Under the pieces are notes generated by a model. That model had not been told where the DNA came from and searched no databases. It saw nothing but the letters and a program-made list of their open reading frames with translations. Shown one piece after another: positions 27,418-36,939 of a stretch of DNA of 64,000 bases. The stretch lies in NCBI GenBank assembly GCA_036280615.1, contig DASUQJ010000009.1:1740-65739 (forward strand), in the 5' to 3' direction. Numbering within the stretch: position 1 is the first letter of the stretch; each line of letters begins with the position of its first letter. A program made the translations under genes and the position numbers. The DNA comes from Nitrososphaeraceae archaeon. GTDB lineage: Archaea > Thermoproteota > Nitrososphaeria > Nitrososphaerales > Nitrososphaeraceae.

Positions 27418-27816
27418 TTGACATTCAAAAGACTTGGTGCAGTAATCTTACTCGTTAGTGACATGAACAAATCGATGAAATTTTATCGTGATGTACTTGA
27501 ATTACCGGTAAAAAATACTTCCCCTGAATGGGTAGAATTCTTTTCAAGTGGGACAGTACTTGCACTACATCCATCTAAAAATAAGACAAGAACAAAAAAC
27601 TCTGGAGTCCTGGTTGGGTTTATGGTAAGTGATCTGGAATCAGTGGCCCAGAAGTTGAAAGATAAGAATGTAGATTTTTTTAAGAAGCCCAAAGAGGAAT
27701 CTTTTGGAAAGCATGCGATAATAGTGGATCCCGATGGTCATTTGATTTCAATTGCAGAAATAAGCTCCAAGAGCTCTGAAGGCTTTGATTTAATCGGTTT
27801 GATAGGTGCAGAATGA
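27418..27816 (+). CDS. VOC (glyoxalase/bleomycin-resistance/dioxygenase) family protein
   Basis: 132 aa; typical VOC layout (LGAVILLVSDMNKSMKFY.., IVDPDGHLISI). Confidence 0.8.
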   Translation: MTFKRLGAVILLVSDMNKSMKFYRDVLELPVKNTSPEWVEFFSSGTVLALHPSKNKTRTKNSGVLVGFMVSDLESVAQKLKDKNVDFFKKPKEESFGKHAIIVDPDGHLISIAEISSKSSEGFDLIGLIGAE

Positions 27817-27842
27817 TCCAAAACTAGAATAATAGCCTAAAA

Positions 27843-28589
27843 TCAATATTCAAATTTTCGTTCCAAGATATTTCCATGTACTAAGAAATTATCGAAAAGA
27901 TTCTCTTCGGTCTTGGATGCAAATACTAAATAGATATTTTCGTTCTTGTAAAGAATCACCAATAATTGAACTTTGGTAGCTTGGTCGTCAAGTGAAAGAT
28001 CACCTGTTCCCTTTATTTTTAATATTTGATTTGATGCCTGATAGGTGATATTATTAGCTGTAGAGGTAACTAGTTTTATGTCGTAATCTTTGGTAATATT
28101 ATTCAAAGTATTATTCAATCGTATTACACCTGTGAAATTTGAGAATTCATCACCTCTGATTACCAGATTCCATGAGCCTCCCAGCTCATAATAGTTTTTT
28201 AGTCCTAGATCTTTACCATTTTGGGTATCCACGATTGAAGTATTTTCCAATACATTTATTATCATTCTTGTAAGTGTGTCAACAGGATTACTGAGTGAAA
28301 CAAGATCCTCTATAGGTAAGAGTGTACTGCTATTAGGGCTGCGAATGGACGTATTAATTTGCCCTTCTGACATATTACTTAACCCCAGAGATTTTGAAGT
28401 ATTTCCAAGTTCAGCCAAACTGGTTGCATTACTAAAAATACCCTGATAGATTAGATCCGAATTTTGGGGAAAGAAGTTAACCGTAACTGATTCATATCGA
28501 TATAAAAAAAATGCTACAGAGACTATCGAGATAGCCACTATTGACAATAGGAAGAGATTTTTGAAATTTGTATTATGGCTAAATATCAT
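27843..28589 (-). CDS. hypothetical membrane-anchored extracellular protein, rich in N-glycosylation sequons
   Basis: 248 aa; N-terminal TM LFLLSIVAISIVSVAFFL; I count 10 N-x-S/T sequons (NAT, NTS, NMS, NTS, NSS, NTS, NFT, NNT, NIT, NIT). Confidence 0.6.
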   Translation of the reverse strand: MIFSHNTNFKNLFLLSIVAISIVSVAFFLYRYESVTVNFFPQNSDLIYQGIFSNATSLAELGNTSKSLGLSNMSEGQINTSIRSPNSSTLLPIEDLVSLSNPVDTLTRMIINVLENTSIVDTQNGKDLGLKNYYELGGSWNLVIRGDEFSNFTGVIRLNNTLNNITKDYDIKLVTSTANNITYQASNQILKIKGTGDLSLDDQATKVQLLVILYKNENIYLVFASKTEENLFDNFLVHGNILERKFEY

Positions 28590-28630
28590 GACTATTTAAT
28601 TTCTGCTGATATTAATACGCACAATTAAGT

Positions 28631-30304
28631 CTATTTGAATTGCGGTATAGTCACAGCACCTTCTGACGCAGATCTAGCAAGAAGCATATATTTTGCCAAA
28701 ACTCCATCCTTATATTTTGAACTTACAGGTTTCCAAGATTTTCTTCGTTTATTAAGTTCAATTCGACTAATATTCAAATTAATCTTTCCTTTGTCAAGAT
28801 CAATACTGATTCTATCACCCTTTTTTACCAATGAAATTGGTCCGCCCACCATTGCTTCAGGAGAAACATGTCCAATCATAAATCCTCTTGTTGCACCAGA
28901 AAATCTTCCATCTGTTATCATGGCAACATCTGTTCCAAGACCTTGGCCAACTAACGCAGCTGTTACTGCCAACATTTCCCTCATTCCAGGACCGCCCTTA
29001 GGACCTTCATATCTAATAACAATCACGTCTCCTTTCTGGATTTTTTGCTTTGATATTGCATCAAAAGCATCCTCCTCTGAATTGAACACTTTTGCAACCC
29101 CTTCAAATTTTGTGATTTGCAGACCTGCTATCTTTATTACCGCCCCTTCAGGTGCAAGAGTACCATTTAGAATCTTCAGGGTTCCCTCATGATGTAGAGG
29201 TTTTTCACAGGAATAAACTACTGGCTCAGAATTATGTAGGGATATTTTTTCGAGATTTTGCCTCATTGTTTTACCCGTGACAGTCATTGTATCACCATTC
29301 AATAATCCTTTTTTTAGTAAACTTTTCAGTATAATGGGAACTCCACCCACATTGTCTAGATCGACCATTACATACATACCACCGGGTCTTGTATCAGCCA
29401 AATGAGGAGTCAATCTTCTAATCCTTTCAAAATCCTTTAGATCAAGATGTACACCTATCTCCTTAGATATCGCAAGTAAGTGAAGTATAGCATTGGTCGA
29501 TCCTCCTATTGCGTTAGCTATGGCTATTGCATTTTCAAATGCTTCAAAAGTAAGAATATCTTTAGGCCTTAGGTTATTTTCTAATAGATTAAAAATTTGC
29601 TTTCCTGTTTCATAGCAGATTTCGTTCCTTTTTTTACTTAATGCAGGGGGAGAAGCACTTCCGGGCAATGCAATTCCCATTGCTTCGCTAATGCAAGCCA
29701 TTGTATTTGCTGTGTACATACCTGCGCATGAGCCAGCTGAAGGGCATGCTACATTTTCCAAGTCTTTTAGGTCTTCAAGGTTTATCTTCCCGGCTTCGAA
29801 TGAACCTACTGCTTCATATACATCTTGTATGGTAACTTGTTTTCCATTCCATGTACCTGGTAGAATTGTCCCACCATATACAAATATAGACGGAAGGTTG
29901 AGCCTTGCCATGGCCATAATTGTCCCTGGTAAACTCTTATCACATCCCGAGATCCCAACCAGTGCGTCATACCTGTGTGCCCGCATCATTATTTCAATTG
30001 AATCTGCAATAATTTCACGACTAACTAAAGATGCCTTCATACCCTCATGGCCCATTGCAATTCCATCGGATACAGAAACCGCGGTAAATTCTCTCGGAGT
30101 GCAACCAGAGTCCTTTACTCCAGCCTTTGAATGCTGCGCTAAATCTCCTAAATGGATATTACAAGGTGTTGCCTCATTGCAGGTAGAGGATACTCCTACA
30201 ATAGGTTTCGATAAATCGTCATCATTCAAGCCCATCGCCTTATACATGGCCCTGTGTGGAGCCCTTGCTGGACCACTAATTACAGTTCTACTGACAAGTT
30301 CCAT
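28631..30304 (-). CDS. ilvD: dihydroxy-acid dehydratase
   Basis: 557 aa; full-length IlvD-like ([14 protein letters not shown]). Confidence 0.95.
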   Translation of the reverse strand: MELVSRTVISGPARAPHRAMYKAMGLNDDDLSKPIVGVSSTCNEATPCNIHLGDLAQHSKAGVKDSGCTPREFTAVSVSDGIAMGHEGMKASLVSREIIADSIEIMMRAHRYDALVGISGCDKSLPGTIMAMARLNLPSIFVYGGTILPGTWNGKQVTIQDVYEAVGSFEAGKINLEDLKDLENVACPSAGSCAGMYTANTMACISEAMGIALPGSASPPALSKKRNEICYETGKQIFNLLENNLRPKDILTFEAFENAIAIANAIGGSTNAILHLLAISKEIGVHLDLKDFERIRRLTPHLADTRPGGMYVMVDLDNVGGVPIILKSLLKKGLLNGDTMTVTGKTMRQNLEKISLHNSEPVVYSCEKPLHHEGTLKILNGTLAPEGAVIKIAGLQITKFEGVAKVFNSEEDAFDAISKQKIQKGDVIVIRYEGPKGGPGMREMLAVTAALVGQGLGTDVAMITDGRFSGATRGFMIGHVSPEAMVGGPISLVKKGDRISIDLDKGKINLNISRIELNKRRKSWKPVSSKYKDGVLAKYMLLARSASEGAVTIPQFK

Positions 30305-30376
30305 CAGTGAAATAAAGATTAAAGCGTATTTTAAGATAACATTGGTACTAAGTTAAGTATCAACTGATAGCTAAAA

Positions 30377-30565
30377 TTATTCCAAGAGTGCAAAAATCTT
30401 TACGCTGTCTATTCCCTCTATCTTAAATAGTGTTTCACACATTCCACACTCAGCATTGCCATTGGCGATATCTACAGAAGAGATATCCTCATTTTTGTAA
30501 TCGCACTTTGGACAGGTGAATGTGAACCTCATGTTAAACTCCAATACTTCGACCGTTTCAGTCAT
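30377..30565 (-). CDS. small zinc-ribbon protein
   Basis: 62 aa; CPKC...x...CGMC. Confidence 0.5.
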   Translation of the reverse strand: MTETVEVLEFNMRFTFTCPKCDYKNEDISSVDIANGNAECGMCETLFKIEGIDSVKIFALLE

Positions 30566-30658
30566 TTATATTTAGAAAAAAATTTGACCTATTTAAAAGT
30601 CACGTAGTTAGAGAAAATGACAAATATATAAATCAGCAAGGGACATGGATTTTAATTA

Positions 30659-31105
30659 TTGAAGTTGAAAACAAAATGCATATTTTGCTCTATAATTAAT
30701 AATGAATTGAGAGCAGTTAAAATATTCGAAGATTCCATGTTTGTGGCTATTATGGACAGGTATCCAATTAATACTGGGCATACTCTAGTGCTCCCAAAGA
30801 AACACCACAATGATATTTTTACGATGGAAGATGATGAAATAGGCAAACTATTTTCAACGGCTTCTTTCTTGGCAAAAGGAATTGTAAAGGCTCTTGACGC
30901 AAAGGGGCTAAATATTGGACAAAATAACGGGAGAGCAGCCAGCCAAATAGTACCTCATGTCCATGTTCACATAATCCCGAGATACAATTATGATTCTCCA
31001 AATGGAAGATGGCCTTCAAGATATCTCATCTCAGATGAAGAACTTGACAAGATCGCCCAAAGGATAAAAGCATCTCTGACAGTATATGGAATCAAGGCAA
31101 ATTAG
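30659..31105 (+). CDS. HIT (histidine triad) family hydrolase
   Basis: 148 aa; HVHVHIIPR triad. Confidence 0.9.
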   Translation: MKLKTKCIFCSIINNELRAVKIFEDSMFVAIMDRYPINTGHTLVLPKKHHNDIFTMEDDEIGKLFSTASFLAKGIVKALDAKGLNIGQNNGRAASQIVPHVHVHIIPRYNYDSPNGRWPSRYLISDEELDKIAQRIKASLTVYGIKAN

Positions 31106-31122
31106 ATTACAATAGTGGTCTG

Positions 31123-32400
31123 TCAACGCGATGGCTTAAAACGTAAAAGTGCGCCAATATTTCCCAGACTTCCTAACTGTGCCCCTTCTTCTGTTTTTGA
31201 TGAGATAACTTCCATTTTGCTTCCAATATTAGCCGATAATTCTTCGAGGAAGTCGACGATGTCTTTTTCTGTGATTTGCCTATCCTGACTTCCACAATTG
31301 GAGCACGATTTTGATACTTCCTCCTGCTTTACATTGATCAAATTGATTCTATCAACATACTTTTCGTCAATAACTCCACATTTATTGCACTTTATCTCTA
31401 GATACATGTATGGTATCTCATCTGTAATTATCAATGTGTCTACAATACCACTTTTTAGCATATTCAAAACATCATGAATACCATACATAGATAATCCCTC
31501 ATCGGAATATACTTGGCTCATGAATTTCTTTATTAGTTTCTTCTCCTCTAGCAATCTATATTCGGAGATTATTCCTTGTTCGTTTACTTTTTCCAATAAT
31601 TCCCTAATTCCTTCGCTTCCAGAGTAAGAGATGTCTATTGTAGCAAGTACGTTGTTTTGGAGTCGATAATCAAGATATTCTTCCTTCAAAAAGTTTTCTT
31701 TAGTTGGACCTGGTCCTCCTACAATCAAACCGCTAATTTTATGTTCGTCTATAAAGACTTTTTGCGCATGCTCTGCAATCCTATGAAAATACTCGTTAAG
31801 TTCATTCTCCCTGAGTCTTTCAAATCTCCTTGCAGACTGTCCTCCCTGTCGATGTTTTCCAGCGACGCCAGAAGTTAATGTATCTATAACCTCCCATCTG
31901 TCACCAGTAAGTATGCCTAATCCTGCTTCCTGACTATCTATGGCAAGTAATCCTATTACCTTTTCATCTCTAAGCATATCCCTGATATGTTCTGTCCAAA
32001 AATGATCATCACACCTGTATAGGTTAATCTGGATTGGTTTTGGCGGTAGAACCGAATAGAGCTCTATTTTTTCATTACCTATTCCTTTATTGTTCGGAAT
32101 TGCTCCACAAAAAATTGCAAGTCCATTTTCAGGTGTTTCCTTGAATAATTTAAGATGCTCGACTGTTTTGCTCAGTGCATCTTGTACATGAGTCCTCGTT
32201 AAATCTGATTTAATATTAGATGCAGTGCCTGACTCATTTCTGAGTTGGCCAATTACCTCAAAAATTGGTCTTCTTGGGGGTACATAGACCGTAACTAATT
32301 CTGTCCCATGGCCTGTAATATTTGACAGCTGATTTAACATCTTGGTTAGTTTGTATCTCTTCACAGAGTCCCACTTTTTCTTGTGGGTGTCTTGACTCAT
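31123..32400 (-). CDS. prf1: peptide chain release factor aRF1
   Basis: 425 aa; NIKS and GGQ (HRQGGQSARRF) motifs, C-terminal Zn knuckle. Confidence 0.95.
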   Translation of the reverse strand: MSQDTHKKKWDSVKRYKLTKMLNQLSNITGHGTELVTVYVPPRRPIFEVIGQLRNESGTASNIKSDLTRTHVQDALSKTVEHLKLFKETPENGLAIFCGAIPNNKGIGNEKIELYSVLPPKPIQINLYRCDDHFWTEHIRDMLRDEKVIGLLAIDSQEAGLGILTGDRWEVIDTLTSGVAGKHRQGGQSARRFERLRENELNEYFHRIAEHAQKVFIDEHKISGLIVGGPGPTKENFLKEEYLDYRLQNNVLATIDISYSGSEGIRELLEKVNEQGIISEYRLLEEKKLIKKFMSQVYSDEGLSMYGIHDVLNMLKSGIVDTLIITDEIPYMYLEIKCNKCGVIDEKYVDRINLINVKQEEVSKSCSNCGSQDRQITEKDIVDFLEELSANIGSKMEVISSKTEEGAQLGSLGNIGALLRFKPSR

Positions 32401-32527
32401 TTCTAATAGTATGACATCTCTAAGTCTATATAATATAAGGTTAAGGCCATCATTTCATCCATTTATTGCGTTTATGAGGGCCGTACTATTACTATAAAAA
32501 TATGAAATCAGAATAAATAATCTGTAA

Positions 32528-33085
32528 ATGCTTCCTAGGATTGATTACATTAAGCAGGGAAGGATAAGGCTGGGAATGACTCAACGGGAATTGGCATCGC
32601 TTTCTGGAATTAGCACATCCATGATAAATCAAATTGAGTCAGGACGATGCAAACCAAGTTATGATACTGCTAAAAAAATCTTTGAGGTTCTTAGTTCTCA
32701 AGAAGGAAAAACCTCATTGAAGGCCGGAGACATTTGTAGCAAGGAGGTGATATCAGTCCAGAAAGATGAAAAATTAGAAGTTGCGATCGAAAAGATGATG
32801 AAGAACTCTATTAGCCAAATACCTGTTTTCGACGTGTCCAAAATTGTGGGGCTTGTAAGTGAAGATATCCTTGCTAGAAAGGTACTTGAGAGCGATGACA
32901 AGAAAAATATCCATCAAGTACCCATACTGCAGATAATGGAAGCACCGCCCCCAATAGTAGATATAGCGACACCTGCTAAAGCTCTTATTCCGCTTGTAAG
33001 ATTTACAAAATGCGTACTTGTAAGTCGGAGGGGCGAAATCACAGGTATTATAACGATAAGCGATACGCTAAAAATGGCTGAATAG
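32528..33085 (+). CDS. XRE-type HTH plus CBS-pair domain regulator
   Basis: 185 aa; LGMTQRELASLSGISTSMINQIESG then two CBS-like repeats. Confidence 0.85.
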   Translation: MLPRIDYIKQGRIRLGMTQRELASLSGISTSMINQIESGRCKPSYDTAKKIFEVLSSQEGKTSLKAGDICSKEVISVQKDEKLEVAIEKMMKNSISQIPVFDVSKIVGLVSEDILARKVLESDDKKNIHQVPILQIMEAPPPIVDIATPAKALIPLVRFTKCVLVSRRGEITGIITISDTLKMAE

Positions 33086-33093
33086 AATCAGAT

Positions 33094-33267
33094 CTAATCC
33101 CTCAGGTTTTCCAGCCCGACACAACAATCTGCACTTTTTAAACAACTTTCACAGATATTTATTGCGCTTCCAGTTGGTAGAGATTCTTCACACAAGGCGC
33201 ATTTTCTCTCGGGTCCTTTCAACATATACTTATGATATTCTACTATGTGATATATATTTTCAGGCAT
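33094..33267 (-). CDS. 57-aa Cys-rich hypothetical protein
   Basis: Not in the ORF track. Own translation: MPENIYHIVEYHKYMLKGPERKCALCEESLPTGSAINICESCLKSADCCVGLENLRD (CxxC ... CxxC ... CC). Confidence 0.4.
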   Translation of the reverse strand: MPENIYHIVEYHKYMLKGPERKCALCEESLPTGSAINICESCLKSADCCVGLENLRD

Positions 33268-33323
33268 TGCCAGGACCGGATTATTTAATATTTCCTGGTA
33301 AACAGAAGCTAATTTCGTTCAAA

Positions 33324-33545
33324 TTATATTCTTAAAGTCAGTCTTCGCTTCTTCCTAACATCATCTATTATCCACTTTGTAACCAATATCAGTCCAAATA
33401 TTGGAAAGCTACCGATAAACAAATATGGAAAAATGGCAAGGAAGATTGACGGTTGAAATATTTCCATATGTAATTCATTTTGCGCCGGCATAATATAATT
33501 CTGTATCCTTAAGGTCTTTGGGATACATGATTCGCATGACTTCAA
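33324..33545 (-). CDS. hypothetical small membrane protein (start uncertain)
   Basis: Track ORF 73 aa; hydrophobic core IFLAIFPYLFIGSFPIFGLILV followed by a basic tail. Confidence 0.35.
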   Translation of the reverse strand: MKSCESCIPKTLRIQNYIMPAQNELHMEIFQPSIFLAIFPYLFIGSFPIFGLILVTKWIIDDVRKKRRLTLRI

Positions 33546-33617
33546 TTGACGTGATGATTTGAACGCTATTCTAAGTCCCCCTCGTTATTCTGAAAGGTTA
33601 GAATGGAAAATTACTAG

Positions 33618-34322
33618 TCATTTAGATGCATATTGATCTGAGTCAACCGTCAGAGAATAGTTTTTGATTTTCGGTGATTGTAGTTTATCATCCATAACAA
33701 TAGTAAAACTTGCGGTAGAATGCGAAGTCATATTACTCGGTTCGGTAATTGCGCTTGATAGTCCAATCATCCTTCCATTTTTGTCAAAGAAAGACGCAAT
33801 CGCAAGAACATTTGTGGCGGTATCATTACCCATATTGGAAATTCTTCCACTAACATAATAATATCCAAATATGTCTGGTCTAGATTTTAAAGACGTTATG
33901 ACAATGCCATCTGGCTTCTGCTGTCCAATTTCACTCGTAAAATTGAGGGTATAATTAAAAAAATGTTTGGTTTGGTTCTTATCGAGAAAAATTATTTCAA
34001 ATGGCGATACCTGTCCGGTATTTAATGACCTTAATGAGACGATTCCACTCCCATTGCCTATATTTTGTCCGTTATTGTCATAAAAATTAGCATTAGCTGT
34101 AATACTCCGCTGAGTTTCATTTGATGTATTTCTTATTTCACCCAATAAATGAATAAACCCACTTTGATCAATCACTATATTGCTTTCTAACACACTGAAA
34201 TTATCTGTAGAGTAGCCTGTGCCATTTATTATTAGTAGAATTGTACTACAAAATAGTAACACTGTTATTGGGATTAATTGAAAAGAAAAGGAGCAGAAAA
34301 AATTTCTAAAATAATTCTTCAC
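33618..34322 (-). CDS. secreted/anchored protein with two repeats resembling the FxLYD-type domain
   Basis: 234 aa; N-terminal TM; internal duplication GEIRNTSNETQRSITANANFYDNNGQNIG / GRISNMGNDTATNVLAIASFFDKNGRMIG. Confidence 0.65.
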   Translation of the reverse strand: MKNYFRNFFCSFSFQLIPITVLLFCSTILLIINGTGYSTDNFSVLESNIVIDQSGFIHLLGEIRNTSNETQRSITANANFYDNNGQNIGNGSGIVSLRSLNTGQVSPFEIIFLDKNQTKHFFNYTLNFTSEIGQQKPDGIVITSLKSRPDIFGYYYVSGRISNMGNDTATNVLAIASFFDKNGRMIGLSSAITEPSNMTSHSTASFTIVMDDKLQSPKIKNYSLTVDSDQYASK

Positions 34323-34394
34323 AACAAAACTTCCTAAATATACTGGTATGTTGAGGGAATATATCTGTGTTTCAAAATAACTTTTCCCTATAGT

Positions 34395-35039
34395 TTAACG
34401 ATTTTTTAGTAGAAAACTCGAATAAACCTGTTCATACTGGAAAGCAAGAGACAAATCATCTATTGAAAGTTCATCTTCAGTTTTATTTCCGGTAATGAGA
34501 TAGTTCTTAAAGTGCTCATAGCTGGCAGCTTCTGAATTGACAGATTTGATAAAAGAATCCTTAATTTTTTCCTGTCCGATTGGGACAACTAGATTTCTTG
34601 CTTCATTTTCAAGCTCTTTAAACTGGGACAAATAATTATCAGTTATAGTGATCATTGTCAAATTGTCATTTTCCTTAGTTGTCCATTTTCCAAGTTCTTG
34701 TTGATATTTGCTCGTAAGTTCAGTAGACTTTGATACCAAAGCCCTGAGTGAATCGGTAAAAACTTGGATGCTACTTTTATTTCCTGACTGTTCTTGTGGT
34801 TGCGGCACCAGGACATTGGTTGATTCGCTAAAAACTTGAAAATTGTCTTTAATAGGATGAAGAGACATGACAATACTTGTTGATACAAGTATCAAAGCTA
34901 TTATCATGATTCTGAAAAATGCGGATTTGTTTTTCAATAAAGATAACTCGATGTCTTGAATAATTAAAAGTTTATCAAGTCTTGGAGTATCTTTTTGTGA
35001 GTAAAAACAAACAGTGAGTAATAAATCTCTGGAACCCAT
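34395..35039 (-). CDS. hypothetical membrane-anchored protein (real start possibly the internal Met near 34907)
   Basis: Track ORF 214 aa; single TM MIIALILVSTSIVMSL then a helical soluble part. Confidence 0.5.
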   Translation of the reverse strand: MGSRDLLLTVCFYSQKDTPRLDKLLIIQDIELSLLKNKSAFFRIMIIALILVSTSIVMSLHPIKDNFQVFSESTNVLVPQPQEQSGNKSSIQVFTDSLRALVSKSTELTSKYQQELGKWTTKENDNLTMITITDNYLSQFKELENEARNLVVPIGQEKIKDSFIKSVNSEAASYEHFKNYLITGNKTEDELSIDDLSLAFQYEQVYSSFLLKNR

Positions 35040-35047
35040 TGATTTAA

Positions 35048-36460
35048 CTATGATGGCTCACATTCGAAATAAATTTTTTCTTTTTTTTTCCATGATGTGT
35101 ACGTGCTATGATCTGTCAACTCAACATCAAATAATTCAAAGATCTTCTTTCTCAAATTATCGGCCGCTTGAAATTTCTTCTCGGCTCTGAGATTATTTCT
35201 CCGATCAATCATCTCTTCGATTTTGATTTTAGTATCATTATCGATCTCCACTACTTTAATACCGATAATATCCATGATGGTATCTACTATAGGTAGCGCT
35301 TTATCAGACATCCTAATAGATAATTTTTCTGATGAACTTAAGTTGTTAACATATGAGACGAGCCTCATAAGCGATGTCAATGCTAATGGAGTATTCAGGT
35401 TACTATCAAGTGCAGACAAAAAATCATTTAGGAAACCATCACATTTATCCTCAAATTCGTCCATGTTTTCAGACACATTTTTAGTTGTTCTAAGCTCATA
35501 GATACAGTTTTCAATTTGTCTCCATTTTTGCAATGATTCTTGCAATATTTCATCATTGTAATCCATAGGCTTTGAATATTGAGATGAAATCAGGTATAAT
35601 CTAAGGACGTTAGAACCCCATTTTTGAAGAGCGTTTTTAAGTACTATCATATTTCTAAGGGACTTTGACATCTTTTCTGAATTAATTGTAATCATTCCTA
35701 CGTGCATCCATAGTTTTGCTAGTTTTTTTTCGTTAAAAGTTTCAGATTGTGCAATTTCATTTTCGTGATGAGGAAATATCAGGTCAGTACCACCTCCATG
35801 AATCTCAATTTCATTACCAAGGAACTTTGATACCATGACCGAACACTCAATATGCCAACCTGGTCTGCCTCTTCCCCAAGGACTTTCCCAATTTGGAACA
35901 TCAGAGGAGAATTTCCACAGAGCAAAATCTAAAGGATCCTCCTTCAATTTGTCAATTTCAATCCTAGTACCTTCTTCAAGCTCATCAATTTGTTTCTTTG
36001 ATAGTTTACCATAATTTGGAAATGCTCTCACTTTGAAATAAACTCCGTTTAGAGTAGTATACGTATAATTTTTTTCTTTTAATATTTTAATAGCATTTAT
36101 TATTTCAATTATGTGGTCAGTTGCTTTTGGATAAAAATCGGCCTTGAGAACATTTAGTTTGGAAAAATCTTCAAAGTAACTCTCTATATACTTGGAGGAA
36201 ATTTCATAAGGGGACTTTCCATCCAATTTAGCTCTATTAATTATTTTGTCATCGACATCGGTAAAGTTTTGCACATATACTAATTCTTTACCTTTGTGAA
36301 TTAAGTATCGTCTTAAAATATCAAAAACTACTATGGTTCTGGCGTGTCCAATATGACAGTCATCATATACGGTAATACCACAAATGTACATCCTAATCTT
36401 ATTATCTTCTGTAGTACCAATATCTTCAAGAGTATCAGAAAGTTTGTTATATATTTTCAA
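35048..36460 (-). CDS. cysS: cysteine--tRNA ligase
   Basis: 470 aa; HIGH-type (HIGHAR) and KMSKS motifs. Confidence 0.95.
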   Translation of the reverse strand: MKIYNKLSDTLEDIGTTEDNKIRMYICGITVYDDCHIGHARTIVVFDILRRYLIHKGKELVYVQNFTDVDDKIINRAKLDGKSPYEISSKYIESYFEDFSKLNVLKADFYPKATDHIIEIINAIKILKEKNYTYTTLNGVYFKVRAFPNYGKLSKKQIDELEEGTRIEIDKLKEDPLDFALWKFSSDVPNWESPWGRGRPGWHIECSVMVSKFLGNEIEIHGGGTDLIFPHHENEIAQSETFNEKKLAKLWMHVGMITINSEKMSKSLRNMIVLKNALQKWGSNVLRLYLISSQYSKPMDYNDEILQESLQKWRQIENCIYELRTTKNVSENMDEFEDKCDGFLNDFLSALDSNLNTPLALTSLMRLVSYVNNLSSSEKLSIRMSDKALPIVDTIMDIIGIKVVEIDNDTKIKIEEMIDRRNNLRAEKKFQAADNLRKKIFELFDVELTDHSTYTSWKKKEKIYFECEPS

Positions 36461-36505
36461 ATTAGTACTATAGCAATTTATGAATGTCAGGTAGCAATAA
36501 TTGAT

Positions 36506-36832
36506 TCAAACATCTATGTAAATATCCCTACCTTTCAAATCAATTTTATACGTTTTTAATTTTACCCCTTCAAGATAATCTAATAATTCACCAGTGCGTA
36601 CGTTATAGTGCCATGAATGTAATGGACATTCCACGACCTCTCCATCCACTCTACCTGGAGCAAGTGAGCCATCCTGATGTCGACACAATGCTTCGATAGC
36701 ATAAAATTTATCTTTTGTTCTAAAAATTGCAATCCTGCTTCCACCTAAATTTACTTCTTTCCCAGTTTTCTTTTCAAATTCTTCAATGCTTGCAGCACGC
36801 ATCCAAGTCATAATTAGTTTTTTAAGTTTCAA
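36506..36832 (-). CDS. Rieske [2Fe-2S] domain protein (NirD-like small ferredoxin)
   Basis: 108 aa; CRH...x...CPLH Rieske ligands. Confidence 0.85.
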   Translation of the reverse strand: MKLKKLIMTWMRAASIEEFEKKTGKEVNLGGSRIAIFRTKDKFYAIEALCRHQDGSLAPGRVDGEVVECPLHSWHYNVRTGELLDYLEGVKLKTYKIDLKGRDIYIDV

Positions 36833-36939
36833 TCACTTATAAAATATTATGTGTCAATTGTAAGTGAATTCTTAGACTTCACCCTGAAGTTTCAAAAAAA
36901 TAGACTTTACATGAACATTGTAGAGCAGATTACCAAGCG

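Noticed and set aside
28635-30356. Long plus-strand ORFs (185 aa and 221 aa) opposite ilvD
   Set aside because: These are shadow ORFs antisense to a strongly conserved gene. Their translations are low-complexity with no motifs, whereas the ilvD frame is full-length and unmistakable.
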